Source: Chromatiales bacterium (GTDB lineage Bacteria > Pseudomonadota > Gammaproteobacteria > UBA6429 > Thiohalophilaceae). Taken from it: 64,000 nt of DNA. Positions within the stretch are counted from its first letter, which is position 1; each line of letters starts with the position of its first letter. Both the position numbers and the translations under genes were made by a program. Below, one piece after another: positions 9,223 through 20,526 of the stretch. The notes under the pieces were generated by a model that saw only the letters and a list, made by a program, of their open reading frames with translations, was not told where the DNA came from and ran no database searches. The DNA lies in assembly GCA_027076325.1 (NCBI GenBank), contig JALTJZ010000059.1, forward strand, positions 13,445 through 77,444, written 5' to 3'.

Positions 9223-10116
9223 TTATGGTTTTAGCTTTGCCTGTTTCAGCAATTTTTTTGTTATTTTTTCAATCCCTGGATCATAAGGTATAAATTTTAT
9301 AATTTTCATACTCCTCATTTTTTCAAGAACTTGTCGCCCTTTTTCTGTGTTCGGCATATTCGCAACCACTTGCTGAAATTTTTTAAGTTGCAGTGGTGCT
9401 ATATTTTGTCTGGCTGCAATTACATTCTCAGGGTACTCATCACTCATACCAATAACCACTAACTCACCTGTGTCTACTTTCTTACTCATAAGCTTGAAGT
9501 TAACACCACACATCGTACCCGCATTAACATCTTTTAATATAACCTGATGAATTGATGTGCTAAGGTTTTTAGTGAAAACCTCTTTTTCTTTATCACCACT
9601 TACAATTCCCTGGCTCATCAACTTTGCTCGCGGAGCCAGATAACCACCTGCGCCCATCGGGCTCACATATGCGATTGTTTTCCCTTTTAATTCGTTAATG
9701 CTTTTAATACCGCTGTCTCGCCGTACATATATTTCACTGCGGCTGGTTACCTTGCCTTCAAGATTTTGCATTTGTAATAAACCAACGGCCTGACCACGAC
9801 TCTTTAACCGGTAAAAAACACGTGAGTTAATATAAAAAAAATCAACCTCGCCTTTTTCTACCGCTGTCTTCATTTTTTTAAAGCCGCGAGGAATAACAAT
9901 TTTGACGGTTTGCCCCATTTCTCTGGAAACATAATCCACAAACGGTTGCCACCGGGCATGGATACGTGTAGGAGGGGCTATCGATAAAATACCAAAACGG
10001 ACGCTATCAGAAGACGTGTTGCCTGCAGCAGCCGTTTGTGTAAACCCATAAGTAAGCAGAAAAAAGAATAAGAGAATTAAACAACCCAGAGAACCCGGCA
10101 AAGTTCGACTATTCAT
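9223..10116 (-). CDS. periplasmic substrate-binding protein, PhnD/phosphonate-ABC-type fold, not linked to any ABC permease or ATPase
   Basis: 297-aa ORF with signal peptide; RFGILSIAPPTRIHARWQPFVDYVS... and YVSPMGAGGYLAPRA resemble PhnD-like SBPs; its stop TAA is immediately followed by the kinase ATG. Confidence 0.75.
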   Translation of the reverse strand: MNSRTLPGSLGCLILLFFFLLTYGFTQTAAAGNTSSDSVRFGILSIAPPTRIHARWQPFVDYVSREMGQTVKIVIPRGFKKMKTAVEKGEVDFFYINSRVFYRLKSRGQAVGLLQMQNLEGKVTSRSEIYVRRDSGIKSINELKGKTIAYVSPMGAGGYLAPRAKLMSQGIVSGDKEKEVFTKNLSTSIHQVILKDVNAGTMCGVNFKLMSKKVDTGELVVIGMSDEYPENVIAARQNIAPLQLKKFQQVVANMPNTEKGRQVLEKMRSMKIIKFIPYDPGIEKITKKLLKQAKLKP

Positions 10117-10325
10117 GACATTAGCTCTCCCGACAGAATTAATACATCACCCCACCCGCATTATAGTCCAGGCTCGAGATTAAACTACTTTAGATGTAGA
10201 CGTTATTCGTATTCCATGCCGTACACCTAAATTATATTATTTAATTATTATATTCTATTGTGATGCTCCCTTTGTGTGGCTGTCAGTACCATATAGCACT
10301 TAAACAGATTAATTATTTACAATTT

Positions 10326-11243
<918 letters not shown>

Positions 11244-11813
11244 TTAAGCTCTTATTTCAGCTTTCGTTATAACATCATAAATCGGTGTCGGTTGTAATAA
11301 ATCACCCACGCTCGCATTGACTACTTTTGCTAACTGATCTGGGAAATACTGCTGAACGTCAGCAACGGTTTTAGCGGGTGGCTTGCCCTCAGTGTTGGCA
11401 CTGGTCGAAACAATTGCACCCTTAAAAGCATCACAAAGTGCAACCACAACCGGGTGGGCGCTAACACGTACCGCGATTGTCTGATGCTTACCGGTTAATA
11501 AAGACGAGAAGCCGGCATCTTGCCTGACAGGCCAGAGCCATGTAACCGGCCCAGGCCAGAATGATTTTGCATGACAGGCAGCAGGCTCGTCAACCCTGCC
11601 AATATATGGTTGAAGTTGTTCAAAATCTGACGCAATTAAAATTAATCCTTTATCGGGATCGCGCTGCTTTAGTTTAATAAGACGTGCAACGGCCTCCGGC
11701 TGCTGCGGATCACAACCCAAACCAAATACAGATTCAGTCGGGTAGGCAATCAGTAAACCTTGTTGCAAGGCCGCTACTGCATCCTGTATGTCTTGCTGTG
11801 AATAAGCTGTCAC
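11244..11813 (-). CDS. tsaC: L-threonylcarbamoyladenylate synthase type 1 (TsaC/YrdC)
   Basis: 189-aa ORF with GTG start; YrdC-fold motifs (IAYPTESVFGLGCDP, GPVTWL, IAVRVSAHP, STSAN). Confidence 0.9.
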   Translation of the reverse strand: MTAYSQQDIQDAVAALQQGLLIAYPTESVFGLGCDPQQPEAVARLIKLKQRDPDKGLILIASDFEQLQPYIGRVDEPAACHAKSFWPGPVTWLWPVRQDAGFSSLLTGKHQTIAVRVSAHPVVVALCDAFKGAIVSTSANTEGKPPAKTVADVQQYFPDQLAKVVNASVGDLLQPTPIYDVITKAEIRA

Positions 11814-11974
11814 TTTAATAATGCAACGCTCTTTTGTACTTCGATGTTTTTATCCCAAACTACGTGTGCATTGGTTTCACGCTGTTCCACCTCGGCCGCA
11901 ATACCAGCATGCATTTGCTCGGTTACCAGTAAAAACTCGCAACCATCAAGATCAATATACATTTTTTTTGACAT
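11810..11974 (-). CDS. unannotated 54-aa ORF between topA and tsaC (hypothetical)
   Basis: My own translation: MSKKMYIDLDGCEFLLVTEQMHAGIAAEVEQRETNAHVVWDKNIEVQKSVALLK; stop TGA overlaps the tsaC GTG start (GTGA); below the 60-aa cutoff of the ORF track; weak SD. Confidence 0.35.
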   Translation of the reverse strand: MSKKMYIDLDGCEFLLVTEQMHAGIAAEVEQRETNAHVVWDKNIEVQKSVALLK

Positions 11975-12018
11975 TATTAAGGCTCTGTGAATTTAAATAG
12001 TGCTGCAAAACAGTTTGC

Positions 12019-14379
12019 TTACTCAGCTGCTTTCTCTTCTGATTTATCAGGATCATAGGTTGGGCGTATATCGACAATATCGGACTCGTCCACCGCCTCA
12101 ACATATTTACAGTCTTTTTGCGGACAGGTTTTTTCATGCCCCCGCCGTTTGGTTATTTTAAGTGTTAACATTGGCCAGGCGCAGTCCGGGCAAGCCTGTT
12201 TCAGCGGTTCATTCCATACCGCATATTTACATTTGGGGTAATCGGCACAGGAGTAAAATATTTTCCCATTACGCGATTTACGCATTAACATATTGTGTTG
12301 ATGACACTCAGGGCATTTAACCCCCATGTCTTTTGGTTTTTCCAGGGGTTCAATATGTTTACATTCCGGATAGCTGCTGCAACCAATAAACTTGCCATAG
12401 CGCCCGGAGCGAATAATCAAGTCTGAGCCACAGTCCGGGCACTTGCGGTCTTCAATTACTTCCGGCTCGGCATTAGCGTCTTCATTGACGTTGCGTGTGT
12501 AATCACATTCAGGATAATTATTACAGCCTATAAAGCGACCCCGTCGGCCTAAGCGAATCGCCATGTCGCCACCACACTTGGGGCATTTTTCTTCGAGTGC
12601 TTCATGGGTGACATCTTTTCTGTCAACGTTCTTGTCTTTATCGACGACTAAAGCCTTAAACGGTTTCCAGAATTTTTTCATTATCGGAACCCATTTTTTC
12701 TCACCACGCGAGATGGCATCAAGGTCATCTTCCAGTTTAGCGGTAAAGTCATAATCAACGTACTGGGTAAAATGCTCAGTTAAAAACTTAACCACGATGC
12801 GGCCAACATCGGTTGGAATAAAGCGCCGCTTGTCCATGGTGACATATTCACGCGCCTGCAAGGTTGAAATAATCGAAGCATAGGTTGATGGCCGACCAAT
12901 ACCATGTTCTTCCAGTGATTTAACCAGCGATGCTTCCGCATAACGCGGCGGCGGTTCTGTAAAGTGTTGTTCGGGTAAAAGCTTCACCAGATTAACCACA
13001 TCCCCTTCTTTTAAGGGTGGCAGTAAACGATCTTTATCATCTGTAGACTTAGCATCATCAACACTTTCCTGATACACCGACATAAAACCGGGGTCAACCA
13101 GTTGCGAACCATTGGCTCGAAAAATGGCACCGGCTTTTTTTGCATCGGTTTCACTACCGGTATGCAAATCCATTGCAACGGTATCGAGCGTTGCATGTAT
13201 CATCTGGCAGGCAACGGTGCGTTTCCAGATTAAACCATACAAACGATATTGGTCTTTGGTTAAATGTTTTTTTATTGCATCGGGCTCATAAAAAACAGAC
13301 GTTGGGCGTACCGCCTCGTGCGCTTCCTGTGCATTTTTTGCTTTGGTTTTATAGGTACGTGGTTCTTTTGGTAAGTTCTTTTCACCAAATTTTTGCAAAA
13401 TAAATTTGCGAATGTCTTCCAGTGCCTCGATTGCCAGATTGACCGAGTCGGTACGCATATAGGTAATTAAACCCACTGTTTCGCCACCCAGATCGATACC
13501 TTCATAAAGCTGTTGCGCAATACTCATGGTTTTCTTTGCAGTAAAACCCAGCTTACGCGAACCTTCCTGTTGTAAGGTGGAGGTAATAAAAGGCGCACTT
13601 GGGTTACGTTTACGTTTTTTCTTATCAACTTTGGCAACGATCAGTTTGCCCTTCGCTGCTTTGTTAATGATGTCCTGTGCGTTATTGGCTTTTTCTTCAC
13701 TATTAATGGTGAATTGTGATATTTTTTCACCGTTTAAAAAAGTCAGCTTACCATTAAATTTCTGTTTGTCGCTTTCTACAACCGTATCGAGTGACCAGTA
13801 TTCTTTCGGCTTAAATTTTTCAATCGCCAGTTCACGTTCTACAATTAATCGTAACGCCGGACTTTGTACCCGACCGGCAGATAAGCCGCGACGAATTTTT
13901 TTCCATAGCAATGGCGATAAATTAAAACCCACCAGATAATCCAGGGCTCGCCGTGCAAGTTGTGCTTCTATCATATCGTGTGAAAGTTCACGCGGATTCG
14001 AAACAGCATCATTAACGGCGGCTTTTGTTACTTCATTAAAAGCAACCCGGCCAACCGTTTTATTTTTTAATAGCCCCTGATCTTTTAACAACTCATACAA
14101 GTGCCAGGATATGGCTTCGCCCTCGCGATCCGGATCTGTTGCGAGATAAAGATTATCTGCTTTTTTTAGTGCTTTTTTTATCGCATCGACATGCTTCTGA
14201 TTTTTTTCGAGTACCTGGTACTTCATCGCAAAATCATTGGCCGGATCGACCGCACCTTCTTTCGGTAACAAATCGCGTACGTGTCCGTACGAAGCTAACA
14301 CTTCAAAGCCCTTGCCAAGGTATTTTTTGATTGTTTTTGCTTTTGCGGGAGACTCTACAATGACTAAGCTTTTTGCCAT
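12019..14379 (-). CDS. topA: DNA topoisomerase I
   Basis: 786-aa ORF; Toprim N-terminus (LVIVESPAKAKTIKKYLG), active-site region (GLITYMRTDS), four C-terminal Cys4 zinc ribbons. Confidence 0.97.
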   Translation of the reverse strand: MAKSLVIVESPAKAKTIKKYLGKGFEVLASYGHVRDLLPKEGAVDPANDFAMKYQVLEKNQKHVDAIKKALKKADNLYLATDPDREGEAISWHLYELLKDQGLLKNKTVGRVAFNEVTKAAVNDAVSNPRELSHDMIEAQLARRALDYLVGFNLSPLLWKKIRRGLSAGRVQSPALRLIVERELAIEKFKPKEYWSLDTVVESDKQKFNGKLTFLNGEKISQFTINSEEKANNAQDIINKAAKGKLIVAKVDKKKRKRNPSAPFITSTLQQEGSRKLGFTAKKTMSIAQQLYEGIDLGGETVGLITYMRTDSVNLAIEALEDIRKFILQKFGEKNLPKEPRTYKTKAKNAQEAHEAVRPTSVFYEPDAIKKHLTKDQYRLYGLIWKRTVACQMIHATLDTVAMDLHTGSETDAKKAGAIFRANGSQLVDPGFMSVYQESVDDAKSTDDKDRLLPPLKEGDVVNLVKLLPEQHFTEPPPRYAEASLVKSLEEHGIGRPSTYASIISTLQAREYVTMDKRRFIPTDVGRIVVKFLTEHFTQYVDYDFTAKLEDDLDAISRGEKKWVPIMKKFWKPFKALVVDKDKNVDRKDVTHEALEEKCPKCGGDMAIRLGRRGRFIGCNNYPECDYTRNVNEDANAEPEVIEDRKCPDCGSDLIIRSGRYGKFIGCSSYPECKHIEPLEKPKDMGVKCPECHQHNMLMRKSRNGKIFYSCADYPKCKYAVWNEPLKQACPDCAWPMLTLKITKRRGHEKTCPQKDCKYVEAVDESDIVDIRPTYDPDKSEEKAAE

Positions 14380-14485
14380 TCGTTCTTTAACTCACTGTTG
14401 TTAAACAGACCTGTTTTTTTAAATTAGGTTAATTTACATTGATTGTTATGGTTTTTAATCCATTCAGTTTTTTAATGCCACAAAA

Positions 14486-14965
14486 TTAATGCAGTTGCCC
14501 GGTGGCCTCATCAAAAACCAGTTCTTCCATCCAGCTGATTGATCCGTCAAAACCCGGCTGATTAAACAACACCATTAACACAACCCATTTTAACTGTTCA
14601 ATGTCCGTTTCATCGGTATCCAGTGCCATAATACGATCAATGACCATTTCACGCGTCATATGATCCAGTACGCCGGTCTGTTCGAGAAACATTAAAAAAC
14701 CTCGACTGTTCGTGTCTAGCTTGTCGCTTTCTTCGCTGGTATAAATACGAGTCGATTGCTCGGTATTCAGTGACGGATAATGTCCTTCACCCTGATAATC
14801 GGTTAAACCTTCCAACCAGTCAAATGCCTGCGCAATCTGGCCAAGTTGAAAACCCGCTTCCTGGAGCTCATTACGTAGAGAGTCTTCATCAACATCAAAT
14901 TCCACATCGTCATTCATATAATTGTCAAACAAATACATTAAAACATCGAATATGTTTTGTTTCAT
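14486..14965 (-). CDS. smg: Smg protein (DUF494)
   Basis: 159-aa ORF; typical Smg N-terminus MKQNIFDVLMYLFDNYM; conserved position between dprA and topA. Confidence 0.9.
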   Translation of the reverse strand: MKQNIFDVLMYLFDNYMNDDVEFDVDEDSLRNELQEAGFQLGQIAQAFDWLEGLTDYQGEGHYPSLNTEQSTRIYTSEESDKLDTNSRGFLMFLEQTGVLDHMTREMVIDRIMALDTDETDIEQLKWVVLMVLFNQPGFDGSISWMEELVFDEATGQLH

Positions 14966-15009
14966 TTTCGCCCCTTTAGTTCAGATGCGCTTTTATTCAA
15001 ATATATCGG

Positions 15010-16164
15010 CTAAGTCTGGCCTGTTCCAGACTGCTCCGACAGCTTGCAGTAGTGGCCACCGTGCGTCGATACAATGTAGCCCTGCAATTCCAGTACCAAT
15101 AGCATGGAGCAAACGGCGTCTGCCGTCAATCCACTTCGTTCCACAACGGTATCGACAGCAGTGGGCTCAAAACCCACATGGTCAAGAACCAACCTGTAAT
15201 CCGCATCTAACTCGACCGAAACTTTTTCATCCCTGGGCGCATTTTTATCAGCGACACCCCTTAGCTGGGGGCGACAAGGTAATATTTCAATCAATTCTTC
15301 ATAGATATGTTCGGCCGTTTCTACTAATTTGGCACCTTGCCGGATCAGGGAGTGGCAGCCGCGTGATAACGGATTATGAATCGACCCCGGCAGTGCAAAA
15401 ACTTCACGCCCCTGCTCAAGTGCTTGTTTTGCGGTGATTAATGAGCCGCTGCGTAGTGCGGCCTCCACCACAAAAACACCCCGGCTCATGCCACTGATAA
15501 TACGATTGCGCCGCGGAAAATTCCCTGGAACTGGCGCGGTTCCCAGTGGAAATTCACTAATAATGGCACCTTTTTGTGCAATTTGGTGTGCCAAATCCCG
15601 GTTTCGAGCGGGATAAACCCGATCAATCCCGGTGCCAATCACTGCAATTGTCCGCCCGCTTTGTGTGGCTAACGCACCTTGATGACAGGCCGTATCAATC
15701 CCCAGCGCCAAACCACTGGTCATAGTCCAGCCCACTTCAGCCAGATTTTTGGCAAAATCCTCCGCTGTTTGTAACCCCATCGGGGTTGGACTGCGGCTAC
15801 CTACCATTGCGATTTGCTCGCTGAGTAATAGATTTTTATCACCCAGCACAAATAATAAAGGCGGCGGATCGGTTATTTCTTTTAATAACGTGGGGTAAGT
15901 ATCGTCTGCCAGCGTGAGCACACTTGCCTGATTGGCTGCCAGCCAGGCACAATCTTTTTCAATCTGTTGCCAGTCCGGCGCAAGCAAATACTCAACACTC
16001 TTTTTCTTTAACGAGCACGCGGTTAATTTTGTATGGCTCGCTTCGAGTATTTTTTGCGGGTGCTCAAAAACGGATAACAGTTTGAGAAAAGTACTGGCAC
16101 CGATGCCCGGAGCACGATGAACCGCTAACCAGCTGGCCAGCTCTGCTTGAAGATGTTCTGCCAT
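15010..16164 (-). CDS. dprA: DNA-processing protein DprA (Smf)
   Basis: 384-aa ORF; DprA Rossmann-like core (IAMVGSRSPTPMG, GLALGIDTACHQGAL, GAIISEFPLGT, FPRRNRIISG) and C-terminal winged-helix-like region. Confidence 0.95.
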   Translation of the reverse strand: MAEHLQAELASWLAVHRAPGIGASTFLKLLSVFEHPQKILEASHTKLTACSLKKKSVEYLLAPDWQQIEKDCAWLAANQASVLTLADDTYPTLLKEITDPPPLLFVLGDKNLLLSEQIAMVGSRSPTPMGLQTAEDFAKNLAEVGWTMTSGLALGIDTACHQGALATQSGRTIAVIGTGIDRVYPARNRDLAHQIAQKGAIISEFPLGTAPVPGNFPRRNRIISGMSRGVFVVEAALRSGSLITAKQALEQGREVFALPGSIHNPLSRGCHSLIRQGAKLVETAEHIYEELIEILPCRPQLRGVADKNAPRDEKVSVELDADYRLVLDHVGFEPTAVDTVVERSGLTADAVCSMLLVLELQGYIVSTHGGHYCKLSEQSGTGQT

Positions 16165-16221
16165 GATGTTCCTCGAGGCACATCCTTGTACCGACTATTT
16201 AAAATACAGCAAGCAAAAATA

Positions 16222-17406
16222 TTACTCCGGATTCTGTACTACATCCTGTACATGCAGTACCCGTGTTGCTTCCAGTACCAGAGCGTAGCTAACTTTATCA
16301 AACACGCGGAAGACCATTAAGATACCGGCTTTTTCATCGGGCAGCTTAACCCGTTCATTCACCTTGCGATCCCGAACCGTAACCCCGTGCTGGAAAACAT
16401 CAAGCACATCGCCTTCTTCCATACCTTCACGCTTGCCTAAAGATAAAGCCACTACATCATTCTGGCCAATATCGGTTACACCATTAATAACCGAAATAAT
16501 ATAACCCTTCACCTTATTTTTAGGCGCTTTCGGCAAAAAGTAGATGTCTTTTCGCTCTTTGCTCAGAGGTAATAAATAATCCCCATCAAGTATTTCCAGA
16601 AATGCACGATTAATTCTTAATGTTGAAGGCTTACCCACCTTAATTAAATTACTCTCACCTAAGTTTATAGCCTCATACCCCAATATTTCATTGGTCACCG
16701 GATGTCGGTAAGTGGCTCCTGGGCGCACAATCTGAAAAGCCGTTGTTTTAGGGTTTTCCAGCCGTCGCACATAAATTTTATGACCGGGGCCAGAGATAAG
16801 GTGTTGCTCAAACGAAGATACAATGTAAGGTGCATACTCTAATTCTTTCTCGCCAATAATGCGATGAGCATATAAAAAGGCATCAATGGCAGAACGAGGG
16901 ATTGTAGTGATAGCCTGCTCTAACGGCTCTGCATGCACCCTTGGTGATAATTTAACAGTGTCAATACCCTTTGGCGGTGGCAAGACACCACCGGCGCCTT
17001 CCAGCGTCAGGAAAGGCTGGCCATCAACATAATGTAACAACACAACATCACCAGGATAGATTAAATGTGGGTTGCGGATTTTTGGATTAATATTCCAGAC
17101 CTCAGGCCACAACCACGGGTTTTTCAAAAACCTGGCAGCAATGTCCCACAGGGTATCACCTTTTTTCACGACATAGCGATCAGGATAACCACGCTTGATA
17201 GCTGTCACGTGTGTTTCCACCTCGGTCTGCATTGGGGTGGTCGTTACTTCATCTTCAGCAGGGGCAGGGGCAACCTGGATAACATTTTCAACGGGGGCAG
17301 GCTTCGGTTCAGCTTTTTGTGTTGAACTACAACCTGTTAGACCCCATATTCCTGGTAGCAATAAAATGACTGAAAGAGATACTCGGCATACTTTGTTCTG
17401 TATCAT
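16222..17406 (-). CDS. LysM peptidoglycan-binding lipoprotein in the dprA/def divergent position (possibly TsaP-like)
   Basis: 394-aa ORF; lipobox LTGCSS; LysM motif [27 protein letters not shown]; same locus position as LysM/TsaP genes in Pseudomonas and Neisseria. Confidence 0.8.
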   Translation of the reverse strand: MIQNKVCRVSLSVILLLPGIWGLTGCSSTQKAEPKPAPVENVIQVAPAPAEDEVTTTPMQTEVETHVTAIKRGYPDRYVVKKGDTLWDIAARFLKNPWLWPEVWNINPKIRNPHLIYPGDVVLLHYVDGQPFLTLEGAGGVLPPPKGIDTVKLSPRVHAEPLEQAITTIPRSAIDAFLYAHRIIGEKELEYAPYIVSSFEQHLISGPGHKIYVRRLENPKTTAFQIVRPGATYRHPVTNEILGYEAINLGESNLIKVGKPSTLRINRAFLEILDGDYLLPLSKERKDIYFLPKAPKNKVKGYIISVINGVTDIGQNDVVALSLGKREGMEEGDVLDVFQHGVTVRDRKVNERVKLPDEKAGILMVFRVFDKVSYALVLEATRVLHVQDVVQNPE

Positions 17407-17633
17407 ATAATTAACCTTAATATAGGGCTGTTGACACTTTTAACTAACTGGCTATTTACTTTGTATGGAATGCACCTTCATTTAAGTAAATGGGTCATTT
17501 CCGGGCATTTGATTATTTAAGTTATATGCTCAAATAATGAAATAATTTACCTTTTAAATACCAGTTATCCTAGTAGTATCATAATGTTAGCAGATCTTTT
17601 TATAAATGTACTATAAATTTGGCACGAAATAGT

Positions 17634-18137
17634 ATGGCATTACTCAATATTTTAAATTTTCCCGATCCTCGTCTTCGCACCAGGGCAAAGCAAGTCACTG
17701 ATTTTAATCATAAAATTAGTGAGCTCACTGACAATATGTTTGCGACCATGTATGCCGCACCCGGCATCGGTTTAGCCGCCACCCAGGTGAATGTACACCA
17801 GCGTATTATTACCATAGACATCTCTGAGGAAAAAAACCAACCACTGGTTGTCATTAACCCGATAATTGTTGAAAAAGAAGGGGAACAGGCAATTGATGAA
17901 GGCTGCCTGTCACTGCCGGGCATTTACGAACCCGTAAAACGTTACGATAAAATTCACCTTAAAGCGCAGGACAAACATGGCGAATTTTATGAACTCGATG
18001 CAGAGGGTTTATTGTCCGTTTGTATTCAACATGAAATTGATCATCTGGAAGGTAAATTATTCGTCGACTATTTGTCTGAAATGAAACGCAACCGTATTCG
18101 TAAAAAATTAGCCAAAGCGCTAAAGGAACAGCAATAA
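17634..18137 (+). CDS. def: peptide deformylase
   Basis: Motifs [26 protein letters not shown]; ATG at 17634 ([15 protein letters not shown]) preferred over the track's TTG at 17619. Confidence 0.95.
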   Translation: MALLNILNFPDPRLRTRAKQVTDFNHKISELTDNMFATMYAAPGIGLAATQVNVHQRIITIDISEEKNQPLVVINPIIVEKEGEQAIDEGCLSLPGIYEPVKRYDKIHLKAQDKHGEFYELDAEGLLSVCIQHEIDHLEGKLFVDYLSEMKRNRIRKKLAKALKEQQ

Positions 18138-18153
18138 TGTACAATGAGACGGT

Positions 18154-19119
18154 ATGTCCTTAACCCACCCTTTACGCGTTATCTTTGCCGGTACCCCCGA
18201 ATTTGCAGCAACCGCACTCGATACACTGATTAAAAGCAATGTTGACATTATTGCCGTATATACCCAACCGGATCGACCAGCAGGCCGTGGCCGGCAATTA
18301 AAAGCCAGCCCGGTTAAAGAGATTGCTATTAAACAGGCGATCCCGGTTTACCAGCCAGTAAACTTTAAGCAAGCGGAAGACATTGACACACTGATAAAAT
18401 TGAATGCAGATTTAATGATTGTCGCAGCTTACGGTTTAATTTTACCTGTTAATATTTTAACAGCACCCAAACTGGGCTGTATCAATATCCATGCCTCGCT
18501 ACTACCAAGGTGGCGCGGAGCCGCGCCAATTCAGCGTGCTATTCTCGCCGGAGACAAACAAACCGGTATTACCATTATGCAAATGGACAAAGGCCTGGAT
18601 ACCGGCGATATGTTACTCAGCAAAACCTGTGACATTTCAAATACCGACACCGGCAGCAGCTTGCACGACAAACTGGCCAAACTCGGCGCATCAACCATCA
18701 TTGAAGCACTTAAGTTATTGCAGGCCAGTCACCTTAAACCCATTAAACAAGACGATACTCAGGCCTGTTATGCGCATAAACTAAACAAAGAAGAAGCTCT
18801 GATTAACTGGCAACAACCAGCAGAACAAATCGCCCGACAAGTGCGCGCCTTTAATAGCTGGCCTGTTGCACAAACACACTTTAATAATAAAACGATTCGG
18901 ATTTGGCAGGCAACAGCACAGGGAAATCCGGAGATTGATTCAACTTCAGTAAACCCGGGCAACATTGTCGCTGTCAACAAAAAAGGCATTCAGGTTTTCT
19001 GCCAGCAAGGCATACTCAATATAACTGAATTGCAACTAGCGGGTGCGCGGCGCATGGCGGTTAAAGATTTACTCAACGGTAAGCCCGACTTGTTTCAAGT
19101 TAGCCAGTGTTTTCATTAA
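18154..19119 (+). CDS. fmt: methionyl-tRNA formyltransferase
   Basis: 321-aa ORF; IFAGTPEFA, NIHASLLPRWRGAAPIQRAI, TGITIMQMDKGLDTGD. Confidence 0.95.
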   Translation: MSLTHPLRVIFAGTPEFAATALDTLIKSNVDIIAVYTQPDRPAGRGRQLKASPVKEIAIKQAIPVYQPVNFKQAEDIDTLIKLNADLMIVAAYGLILPVNILTAPKLGCINIHASLLPRWRGAAPIQRAILAGDKQTGITIMQMDKGLDTGDMLLSKTCDISNTDTGSSLHDKLAKLGASTIIEALKLLQASHLKPIKQDDTQACYAHKLNKEEALINWQQPAEQIARQVRAFNSWPVAQTHFNNKTIRIWQATAQGNPEIDSTSVNPGNIVAVNKKGIQVFCQQGILNITELQLAGARRMAVKDLLNGKPDLFQVSQCFH

Positions 19120-19158
19120 AAGTGTTTTAGTTAGCCGCTGCGCCTGCCTTTGAAGATA

Positions 19159-20526
19159 ATGCAAAAACAGAAGACAAAAAAAGTTTCCGCGATTGCTGCA
19201 ACCGCAACAATTGTTAACAACGTTGTAACAAATAAAAAGCCCCTGCCGGATTGCATTGCTGAATACCAGCAAAAAATAAACTCGGAAGACCTGCCTAAAG
19301 TTCAGGCTTATTGCTATAACATTTTACGCCGCTATGAATTTTATCAGTTTATCCTTGACTCTCTACTGGACAAGCCACTCAAAAATAAAGACCAGGATAT
19401 TTATCACTTGGTATTAAGCGGGGTGATGCTGCTTAACGAAGGCAACTTACCTGCACATGCTGCGATTAACGAAACAGTCAATGTCACCAGAAAAACGAAA
19501 AAAATCTGGGCAAAAAATTTAGTCAACGCCTTGTTACGGCGTTACCAGCGAGACCAATCTAATTTACACAGCGCAGCAGATAATAACCCAGTTAGCCACT
19601 ATTGCTGTCCTGAATGGCTGTTAAAAAAAATCCAGCACGCTTACCCTGGCATGTGGCAAACTATTTTAAAAGCCAGTTTACAGCATCCGCCGATGACCTT
19701 GCGGGTGAATCAACGAATGAATTCTCGGGAGGATTATTTAAATTTACTTCGCGAAAGAAAACTACCCGCTCAAGCCTGCCCGTTAACCAGACACGGTATT
19801 TTATTAGAACAAGCTGTTAATGTTGAAAAACTCCCGCTCTTTGCCAAAGGCGCGGTCAGTGTTCAGGACAGTGCCGCGCAGTATTGCGCCGAGCTGTTAA
19901 ATCCGCAAGCCGGTGATCATATTCTCGATGCCTGTGCTGCACCGGGTGGCAAAACACTGCACCTGATTGAATCCTGCCCCGATCTTGCACAATTAACTGC
20001 AATCGATATATCGGCAAAACGGCTTGCGAAAGTACAACAGAATATCCTACGACTTGCACCTGGCCTGCAAAATAAATTTGTACTTATGGCCGCAAATGCC
20101 GCTGACACCCAAAACTGGTGGAATGGAAAACAATTTGACCGTATCTTACTTGATGCCCCTTGCAGTGCCACGGGGATTATTCGCCGCCACCCCGACATCA
20201 AACGTCTGCGAAAAATATCTGACATTGATACACTGCGAGTTACCCAACAACAACTGCTTGACCAATTATGGCCAACACTTAAAAACGGTGGCATATTGCT
20301 GTATGCAACCTGTTCCATTATACCGGAAGAAAACGAGCAACAAATAAAAGCCTTTTTAACCTCACATAACGATGCACAGAGTGTTGATTTTGACGTATCA
20401 TGTGGGCATCCATGTGAATACGGACAGCAATTATTACCCACTTACCAAAGTAGCGACGATCAGACTGATAAAAAGAACAGGGGAAATAGTGATGGCTTTT
20501 ACTATTGCTTACTCCAGAAAAAATAA
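19159..20526 (+). CDS. rsmB: 16S rRNA (cytosine967-C5)-methyltransferase RsmB
   Basis: NusB-like N-terminus; SAM site DACAAPGGKT; catalytic Cys motifs DAPCSATG and YATCS; follows fmt; start ambiguous (TTG 19150 or ATG 19159). Confidence 0.9.
   Translation: MQKQKTKKVSAIAATATIVNNVVTNKKPLPDCIAEYQQKINSEDLPKVQAYCYNILRRYEFYQFILDSLLDKPLKNKDQDIYHLVLSGVMLLNEGNLPAHAAINETVNVTRKTKKIWAKNLVNALLRRYQRDQSNLHSAADNNPVSHYCCPEWLLKKIQHAYPGMWQTILKASLQHPPMTLRVNQRMNSREDYLNLLRERKLPAQACPLTRHGILLEQAVNVEKLPLFAKGAVSVQDSAAQYCAELLNPQAGDHILDACAAPGGKTLHLIESCPDLAQLTAIDISAKRLAKVQQNILRLAPGLQNKFVLMAANAADTQNWWNGKQFDRILLDAPCSATGIIRRHPDIKRLRKISDIDTLRVTQQQLLDQLWPTLKNGGILLYATCSIIPEENEQQIKAFLTSHNDAQSVDFDVSCGHPCEYGQQLLPTYQSSDDQTDKKNRGNSDGFYYCLLQKK

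Noticed and set aside
11952-12137. 61-aa minus-strand ORF spanning the topA 3-prime end
   Set aside because: It overlaps the zinc-ribbon coding region of topA in another frame. The separate 54-aa ORF at 11810-11974 explains the spacer better.
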